Part shown: positions 1 to 5,456 of the stretch, one piece after another | Layout: each line of letters begins with the position of its first letter | Position numbering within the stretch: position 1 is the stretch's first letter | IMG/VR virus record: IMGVR_UViG_3300012352_000501 | Coordinates: 1 to 31,006 of that record | Reading direction: 5' to 3' (one strand) | Length of the DNA: 31,006 nucleotides | Source: a virus | Position numbers and translations under genes: made by a program | Notes under the pieces: model-generated | The model's input: only the letters and a program-made list of their open reading frames with translations | Told to the model about the DNA's origin: nothing | Databases searched by the model: none

Positions 1-55
1 AAAACTACAATTATGAACGTCTATAAATTCCAGTGATTTTAATTCTTTAAACTTT
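1..55. repeat. Terminal 55-nt exact direct repeat, copy 1 (circular-closure overlap)
   Basis: 1..55 (aaaactacaattatgaacg...ttctttaaacttt) is identical base for base to 30952..31006. Confidence 0.97.
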
Positions 56-276
56 GCGAAGGCTAAAGGCTCCAGTTCAATTCCACGTTGCATATCGTAT
101 GAAATGAAACTTTCTTCTGTATCTCCATAAAGCTGTTCGATTGCTTTATCAATAGCATAGGATTTACCTGTTTCGCCTAATCCTTTAATCCCCATTAATT
201 TATGGATTTCACTAGCTGTGAATTTTCCATGGCGTTGTAGGTGCCAACCTTCCGAGCGTTGTTCATTATTTTGCAT
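1..276 (-). CDS. YqaJ / lambda-Exo-like PD-(D/E)XK exonuclease, N-terminal 92 codons (the gene wraps the window junction)
   Basis: ATG at 276-274 on the minus strand. My translation is MQNNEQRSEGWHLQRHGKFTASEIHKLMGIKGLGETGKSYAIDKAIEQLYGDTEESFISYDMQRGIELEPLAFAKFKELKSLEFIDVHNCSF. The frame is open to base 1 (276 nt = 92 codons) and joins 30951 downward in frame. W..R.G..TAS is the usual YqaJ N-terminal motif. Confidence 0.85.
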   Translation of the reverse strand, partial: MQNNEQRSEGWHLQRHGKFTASEIHKLMGIKGLGETGKSYAIDKAIEQLYGDTEESFISYDMQRGIELEPLAFAKFKELKSLEFIDVHNCSF

Positions 277-781
277 ATTCCAAATATTTAGTTTCTAATT
301 CTTTTGATAATTCGTATTTTGATTTGATTTGTTCGATTGTAGCTTTAGCGTTTTTCGCTGCTTCGAAATTAGCCTCTGTAAAAATCGGTTTTTTACTAGA
401 ATCGACTGGCTGAATTGGTTTGATTCGAACACCGTCTGTAATTGCTCCCATCATTTTCACGTTATGGTCGACAAATAACTCGATTCGCATACCTTTCCAA
501 TTCTCGATTATATGACATTCTTTTCCAATTAGCCCGTTTTTCTTCGCAAATCCAGCTAAAATTTTGTTATTAGTAGAATTTAGCTTCAAAGGTTTTATCG
601 GTTCTACAAAGTAGCAAAACACGCCGTCCATTTTGGTTCCAGAAACGTCTACACCAGTTTCAAATTTTACTTCCTTAATAGTAAAAATTAGTGCTTTTCC
701 ATCTGTTTCCATTGCATCGAGATCTGCCGATGCTAAATGCGTTGATTTTCTGAATTTTCTCCAATCTGTTTTAGTTTCCAT
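266..781 (-). CDS. Hypothetical protein (171 aa); candidate ssDNA-binding/annealing partner of the exonuclease
   Basis: Clean ATG ORF whose last codons overlap the exonuclease ATG, which suggests translational coupling. I recognise no family. The functional guess rests only on its position in the operon. Confidence 0.7.
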   Translation of the reverse strand: METKTDWRKFRKSTHLASADLDAMETDGKALIFTIKEVKFETGVDVSGTKMDGVFCYFVEPIKPLKLNSTNNKILAGFAKKNGLIGKECHIIENWKGMRIELFVDHNVKMMGAITDGVRIKPIQPVDSSKKPIFTEANFEAAKNAKATIEQIKSKYELSKELETKYLEYAK

Positions 782-794
782 TTTTTTTTCTGAT

Positions 795-1013
795 TTAAAA
801 TAGGTTAATAATAATTTTCAAGCCGTTTGAATCTAGTTCTAGTTTGCCAATCATTCCGTTGGCTTTTAATACTTCCTTTAATTTTTTAGTACTGATTCCA
901 GATTTACCTTGCTTCATTTTAGTCAGCTGAGTTCCGCTGATACCTTTTACGTCTTTAGCGTTTCCACCAACGTGACTAATTAATGCGTCGTGTATTTTTT
1001 TCTCTAATTCCAT
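795..1013 (-). CDS. Small DNA-binding-like protein (possible HTH regulator)
   Basis: 72 aa and the first gene of the leftward operon, 24 nt downstream of a minus-strand TAnnTTTG box. The segment GISGTQLTKMKQGKSGISTKKLKEVL looks helix-turn-helix-like; this is a weak call. Confidence 0.6.
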   Translation of the reverse strand: MELEKKIHDALISHVGGNAKDVKGISGTQLTKMKQGKSGISTKKLKEVLKANGMIGKLELDSNGLKIIINLF

Positions 1014-1036
1014 ATTGTTATTGGTTTAATTTTTGA

Positions 1037-1044
1037 CAAATATA
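1037..1044 (-). promoter_or_regulatory. Bacteroidota-type -7 promoter box (TATATTTG on the minus strand) for the leftward operon
   Basis: The plus strand reads caaatata; the minus strand reads tatatatttgtca. This is the same extended TATATTTGTC form seen at 8276 and 9899. Confidence 0.6.
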
Positions 1045-1091
1045 TAACAAAAGTTTTATTAAAAAAATTTTTTGTTTCTTTTTTTTAAATA

Positions 1092-1099
1092 TATCTTTG
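1092..1099 (+). promoter_or_regulatory. Bacteroidota-type -7 promoter box (TATCTTTG) for the rightward early genes
   Basis: The sequence aaatatatctttgtcg matches TAnnTTTG. It is divergent from the box at 1037..1044 and lies 28 nt before ATG 1127. Confidence 0.55.
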
Positions 1100-1126
1100 T
1101 CGAATCAAAATTTAAAAACTAGAAAT

Positions 1127-1345
1127 ATGAATTATTTAAACCGAAAAGAGATTGGCGAAATAGCAAAGCTGTCCGAAAGGGCTATTCGCTCACGCTCCGA
1201 ACTTCTGGAGATTTTTCCTGACTATATATTAAAAGGAAAATATTATTATTGCCAAGAAAAGGCAAATGCAATAATCGCATACGTTAAATTCAACCCAAGA
1301 GCAAATTATTTAATCTTTGAATCAAAAATGAATTATGAAAATTAG
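1127..1345 (+). CDS. Small HTH-like protein
   Basis: The track ORF starts at TTG 1097, inside the promoter box. The first ATG at 1127 gives MNYLNRKEIGEIAKLSERAIRSR..., an HTH-like N-terminus. Confidence 0.6.
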   Translation: MNYLNRKEIGEIAKLSERAIRSRSELLEIFPDYILKGKYYYCQEKANAIIAYVKFNPRANYLIFESKMNYEN

Positions 1346-1709
1346 TCAACTACCTAAAGACGTGAGATTCAACGCAGAAACTTACAGACAAAACGCAAAC
1401 CAAACTATTTATGAAATTACTAGCGACGAATTAACTGACGCATTTAATTGGAATACTACTAAAGAGGGATATTATTATTGGAAAAAAATGTTCGATGCTC
1501 CTGCTTCCGAAAAGCCTGAGCAATATCAAATCGGAATCGATACTTTTGAACGTTCGGAAGCGAATATGACGAAAGAAGAAATTTTGGCTTGTTGTCGTTT
1601 TAATATCGATAAATATAACTGGAGAAAAAAAGACCAAGATCTGAGTGACTTTAAAAAAATTATTGACTATGCAAATTTCGCAATTAAACAAATCGAAAAA
1701 AATGACTGA
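1335..1709 (+). CDS. DUF3310-like phage protein
   Basis: The C-terminal half (GIDTFE...ACCRFNIDKYNWRKKDQDLSDFKKIIDYANFAI) fits the DUF3310 pattern as I remember it. Confidence 0.7.
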   Translation: MKISQLPKDVRFNAETYRQNANQTIYEITSDELTDAFNWNTTKEGYYYWKKMFDAPASEKPEQYQIGIDTFERSEANMTKEEILACCRFNIDKYNWRKKDQDLSDFKKIIDYANFAIKQIEKND

Positions 1710-1821
1710 GAAACAACGAATCGTCAGAGTTTTAAATTTCTACTATAAAAGAGGAATTAATTCAGAAAGAGTAAATAATTTATACAGAAAAATTATAAAA
1801 AATGGAAAAGTCAGAAAGTAA
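1702..1821 (+). CDS. Possible 39-aa micro-ORF
   Basis: ATG 1702 overlaps the stop of the upstream gene. Translation: MTEKQRIVRVLNFYYKRGINSERVNNLYRKIIKNGKVRK. It fills an otherwise uncoded 90-nt gap and is below the track cut-off. Confidence 0.3.
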   Translation: MTEKQRIVRVLNFYYKRGINSERVNNLYRKIIKNGKVRK

Positions 1822-2158
1822 TTTATTGGTATTATTAGAATCTGTTGTTTTACTTCAATTATTATTGGAGAATCTAGAAGAACTGCAAGGAACTCATTAC
1901 AATAAACAGCGATTAAAACAGCAAATGAATTCTCTAATTAAAGAGATTGCGCCATTGGCCGAAAGAGATTATAATATTGTCTTTGGAAATGGGCAAGAAG
2001 AAACACTTCAGATTTTAAATGAGTATTCTAAATTGATAAAATTTATTTCGCTTCAGAAACTACCTTCGAAAGTAGCACTTTCTCAAATAGTTGAGGCTTG
2101 GAATAAAGACAATAAGACTATCGAAGCTACAGTTCACAGAATCATAAAAAAGAGTTAA
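1802..2158 (+). CDS. Hypothetical protein (118 aa)
   Basis: ATG ORF tightly packed in the early operon. Confidence 0.7.
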   Translation: MEKSESNLLVLLESVVLLQLLLENLEELQGTHYNKQRLKQQMNSLIKEIAPLAERDYNIVFGNGQEETLQILNEYSKLIKFISLQKLPSKVALSQIVEAWNKDNKTIEATVHRIIKKS

Positions 2159-2159
2159 T

Positions 2160-2345
2160 ATGACACTAAATGAGAAATTTGAAAAAGCTACAGATGGGTG
2201 GATTGTATCTCATGCTTGTGAAGAAATAGCAGACGATTACGCTATTGAGTTTGCAGAGTGGATTAGTAAAGAAGAATATGTAATCAATGGAGCTTATACT
2301 ACGCAAGAACTATTAGAAATGTTTAAAAAAGAAAAAAGGCTATAA
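2160..2345 (+). CDS. Hypothetical protein (61 aa)
   Basis: ATG ORF starting 2 nt after the previous stop. Confidence 0.6.
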   Translation: MTLNEKFEKATDGWIVSHACEEIADDYAIEFAEWISKEEYVINGAYTTQELLEMFKKEKRL

Positions 2346-2393
2346 CCTTAAATTTATCAATTACAATAAGGCTATTCCCTTAAAAAAAATATT

Positions 2394-4022
2394 ATGATTT
2401 TAAGATACTATCAGACCGAAATGATTCAATCTTTATTCGTTAATTTGAATGAATTTAATTCGGTTCTTTGTCAGTCGGCTACTGGATCTGGAAAGACAGT
2501 TATAATGTCGGAATTTATTCGTCAGTGGGTTTCTTTAAATCCTAATAAAAAGGTTCTAGTTTCGGTTCATCGTGACGAATTAGTAAATCAAACTTCACAA
2601 ACTCTTGCAAAATTCGGAATTTTAAATGAGAAAATCACCGCAAAATCGAAAAATGATTTTAAAACCGATGTCTATGTAGGAATGACGCAAACTATTTGGA
2701 GCCGAAAAACGTCTTTAGATATTGGGCTAATGATAATTGATGAGGCTCACGAGCAAATACATTTAAAAACGTTCGATTTATTTTCTAATTGTAAACGTGT
2801 AGGATTTACGGCCACCCCAATTATAAATAAAAGAATTACTTATTACAAATGTAATTACTGCAACCGAAAATATGACACTAGAGAAATATGCTGCTACAAC
2901 GAGCATGTAGATAAATGGGGTGCGCCAGTAACCATGAGCCAAACTTATGATAACATTATCACTGGGATTCCTATAAAAAAACTAATTGAAGAAGGTAGCC
3001 TTGTAGATGAGGTGATTTTTTCATACGATTATTATTCTGAATTAAAAGCTAAAGGCGATGACGATTTCGACGAAAACGAAATTGCTGAGGAATCAGTAAA
3101 GCACGATGATAATGTTTTACAGGAATACGAAGAAAAGGCGAAAGGAAAAAAGACAATGATTTTCACCGCTTCTACAAAACAGAATCTTTCTCTAGTTAAT
3201 ACGTTTAAGGATTATCAGATTAAATCATATGACTCTGTAAATAACGATTCTAGCGAACGCATAAAAGTAGTCGAATGGTTTAAAAATACAGACGGCGCAA
3301 TATTAGTTTCAACTGGTACATTCACTACTGGGTTTGACGTAAAAGAAGTGGAGTGTATAATTATAAACCGACCGACGAAATCTCTGTCTTTATGGCATCA
3401 AATAGTTGGTCGTGGTGCTAGAACTTCGGATTTGATTTTTAAGGATAATTTCATAGTCATAGATCTGGGTGGAAATGTTTCACGATTAGGTAAATGGTCA
3501 GACGAAATAGATTGGCGAGAAATATTTTTTAATGGATTAATTCCAGAAAAAAAGAAAAAAGAACTTTTAATTCAATGCGAAAAATGCGGATATAATTGGA
3601 TTGGACAGAACTCGGATAATTGCCCAGACTGCGGACATAAGAATCAACCGCAGATTAGAATACCAATTGGTGGAATCGGTGAGGAGCAAGAGAACGAAAG
3701 AGTTCAGATGACGACTACCGCATTAAACACGATTCCTATGCCTAATGGAAGGAAAATTGCTGAATTCGTAAAGAGAACTACAAATTCAAAAAACGATTAC
3801 TTTAAAATAATAATCGAAAAGTACATCGATTTATGGAAATTGAATCGTGTCCCAGTTACTATTTACGAAAGCCGAATTAAAAATGGAACTCTAGAGCCTA
3901 AAATTATGGAATATTTAAAAAAGAACTATGGATATGTGAACATGTTAGGTGAAGGAGTTCCGAGAACTTACAAATATTTGCTCGAAAAGATAAAGGAAAA
4001 GCTGAAAGCGTGTTTTATCTAA
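2394..4022 (+). CDS. Superfamily-2 DEAH-box DNA helicase with two zinc-ribbon inserts
   Basis: Motifs seen: RYYQ (Q motif), SATGSGKT (motif I), IIDEAHE (II), GFTATP (III), LVSTGTFTTGFDV (V) and QIVGRGAR (VI). There is a Cys cluster YYKCNYCN...CCYNEH between the lobes, a CEKCGYNW...CPDCGH ribbon after motif VI, and then a roughly 130-aa tail of unknown function. Confidence 0.9.
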   Translation: MILRYYQTEMIQSLFVNLNEFNSVLCQSATGSGKTVIMSEFIRQWVSLNPNKKVLVSVHRDELVNQTSQTLAKFGILNEKITAKSKNDFKTDVYVGMTQTIWSRKTSLDIGLMIIDEAHEQIHLKTFDLFSNCKRVGFTATPIINKRITYYKCNYCNRKYDTREICCYNEHVDKWGAPVTMSQTYDNIITGIPIKKLIEEGSLVDEVIFSYDYYSELKAKGDDDFDENEIAEESVKHDDNVLQEYEEKAKGKKTMIFTASTKQNLSLVNTFKDYQIKSYDSVNNDSSERIKVVEWFKNTDGAILVSTGTFTTGFDVKEVECIIINRPTKSLSLWHQIVGRGARTSDLIFKDNFIVIDLGGNVSRLGKWSDEIDWREIFFNGLIPEKKKKELLIQCEKCGYNWIGQNSDNCPDCGHKNQPQIRIPIGGIGEEQENERVQMTTTALNTIPMPNGRKIAEFVKRTTNSKNDYFKIIIEKYIDLWKLNRVPVTIYESRIKNGTLEPKIMEYLKKNYGYVNMLGEGVPRTYKYLLEKIKEKLKACFI

Positions 4023-4258
4023 AATCACTAAAAAAAGTTAAATGCTTGTAAATAAACGGTTTAAGTATTTTTTGTGTCGTATCGAATTAATAATTTGCAA
4101 AGTCTGTTGTGTAAAAAAAATGCAAAACAATAATTTTTTTTTTAAGTGTAACATCTAAAAAAATACGACATACGTCATATAAAAAATAAAACACCTTATT
4201 TTATTAAGTTTTTTTAAAAAAGTGTGTGATTTATGTGAATAATCACAAAAACATTTAG

Positions 4259-4266
4259 TACATTTA
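4259..4266 (+). promoter_or_regulatory. TAnnTTTA box placed 4 nt before an ATG (leaderless-type promoter candidate)
   Basis: tacatttaca-cc-ATG(4271). The same TAnnTTTACAnnATG arrangement occurs at 19371 and 27447. Confidence 0.4.
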
Positions 4267-4270
4267 CACC

Positions 4271-4561
4271 ATGGAAAATAGAATTAAACAAATTTTAAAG
4301 AAAAAGACCTGTAATTTATTTGCAGATGATTGGTATGATAACACATCATTTGAGATAAATTCTTTAATTGGAAATAAAAAACAATTAAAGTTTGAACCTA
4401 ACATTCGATATTGCTTGACAAAAGCATATTTAGAGAATGGAGATAATAGCATCTCAAGAAAGATGTTTACAATTCAAATACAAAAATATGCTATTGAAAA
4501 TGGCTATAAATTTGAATTTAATAGAACGCATGACTCAAGAGGATTTATTTTAAAAAATTAA
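4271..4561 (+). CDS. Hypothetical protein (96 aa), first gene of the AT-rich island
   Basis: ATG ORF in a very AT-rich stretch (13 G+C in its first 60 nt). Confidence 0.65.
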   Translation: MENRIKQILKKKTCNLFADDWYDNTSFEINSLIGNKKQLKFEPNIRYCLTKAYLENGDNSISRKMFTIQIQKYAIENGYKFEFNRTHDSRGFILKN

Positions 4562-4565
4562 AAAA

Positions 4566-5204
4566 ATGGAATTAAACAAATATTACAAATTACTAAATAA
4601 AATTGTAATTAAAGGAAAATTACAATCGGCTAAAAAAGCTAATAGTTATGGATTAATTAATCAAAAGTTAAGTTTTAATAAAAAACAATTAGAACATTTA
4701 TTTAGTGTTCACCCAATTGCAAAAACAAAGCTACGTGATGAGTTAAAATTGTATTTTGATGGTATTACTAATGTAAATGAATATAATAAGAATGGAATCA
4801 CATGGTGGGATTATTGTAAACCGGAATTAATTAATTCTTATCCAACTTACTTTAAAGATCTACCTAAATTGATAAATAAAATTAATACATTAAAACCATC
4901 AAAAAATTATGTTCTATTTATTGGTAACACATTAGCTGAAACAAATCAATTACCATGTTTAAGTTTGATGCAATTTCAAATTGTAAATAATAAAATCAAT
5001 ATTACTGTTTATCAAAGATCAGCAGATTGTAATTTAGGATTACCATCTGATCTTTATCAAATATATGTTATTAGTTCATTTATTAATTTACCATTAAATA
5101 ACATTACTTTTTTTATTGGTAATGCTCATATATATGAAAATAATATTGAACAAACAAAAAATTTATTAATTGGTAAACCATTTAAGTTTAATTTGAATGT
5201 CTAA
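4566..5204 (+). CDS. Divergent thymidylate synthase / dNMP hydroxymethylase-fold enzyme (short, 212 aa)
   Basis: LPCLSLMQFQIVNNKINITVYQRSADCNLGLPSDLYQIY aligns without gaps to E. coli ThyA [38 protein letters not shown]. The catalytic Cys, Arg166, Ser167 and Asp169 are conserved. GNAHIYENN aligns to GDTHLYSNH, and DELKLYF to HELLWFL. Confidence 0.8.
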   Translation: MELNKYYKLLNKIVIKGKLQSAKKANSYGLINQKLSFNKKQLEHLFSVHPIAKTKLRDELKLYFDGITNVNEYNKNGITWWDYCKPELINSYPTYFKDLPKLINKINTLKPSKNYVLFIGNTLAETNQLPCLSLMQFQIVNNKINITVYQRSADCNLGLPSDLYQIYVISSFINLPLNNITFFIGNAHIYENNIEQTKNLLIGKPFKFNLNV

Positions 5205-5343
5205 AAAAAAATATATAAAACCAAAAACATTAGAGGAATTAGATATTGAAAGAAAAAGATTATTAGTATATCAAAATGATAATAAAAGACTAAAAGAAAT
5301 TTCTGAATATTTAGACTTTATTTATTGGGGTATTAAAAAATAA
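5197..5343 (+). CDS. Possible 48-aa micro-ORF, last gene of the island
   Basis: ATG 5197 overlaps the upstream stop. Translation: MSKKKYIKPKTLEELDIERKRLLVYQNDNKRLKEISEYLDFIYWGIKK. It is below the track cut-off. Confidence 0.4.
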   Translation: MSKKKYIKPKTLEELDIERKRLLVYQNDNKRLKEISEYLDFIYWGIKK

Positions 5344-5347
5344 TTTA

Positions 5348-5355
5348 TATATTTG
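5348..5355 (+). promoter_or_regulatory. TAnnTTTG -7 box (TATATTTG) upstream of the primase leader
   Basis: The sequence tttatatatttgtaaac lies about 100 nt before ATG 5457. Confidence 0.5.
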
Positions 5356-5366
5356 TAAACTATTGG

Positions 5367-5442
5367 AGTGGTAGCCAATACTTAAAATTTTAAAAAGCCT
5401 CTGACATAGTACCACCTACCACTGGACTATCTCGGGGGCTTT
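5367..5442 (+). promoter_or_regulatory. Structured element: long imperfect hairpin whose apical loop is complementary to an upstream 8-mer
   Basis: 5394-5410 pairs with 5426-5442 (11 bp including 2 G.U, one C/C mismatch, then 5 bp), leaving a 15-nt loop accacctaccactgg. AGTGGTAG (5367-5374) is the exact complement of CTACCACT (5416-5423) in that loop. Confidence 0.5.
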
Positions 5443-5456
5443 ACTTCTAAAAAAAT

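Noticed and set aside
1-55. The 55-nt end repeat as a biological direct terminal repeat or att site
   Set aside because: The repeat lies inside an ORF that reads through it in frame. Its length equals a common assembler k-mer, and the terminase type suggests headful packaging. An assembly overlap is the simpler reading (still listed as a finding because it changes the annotation).
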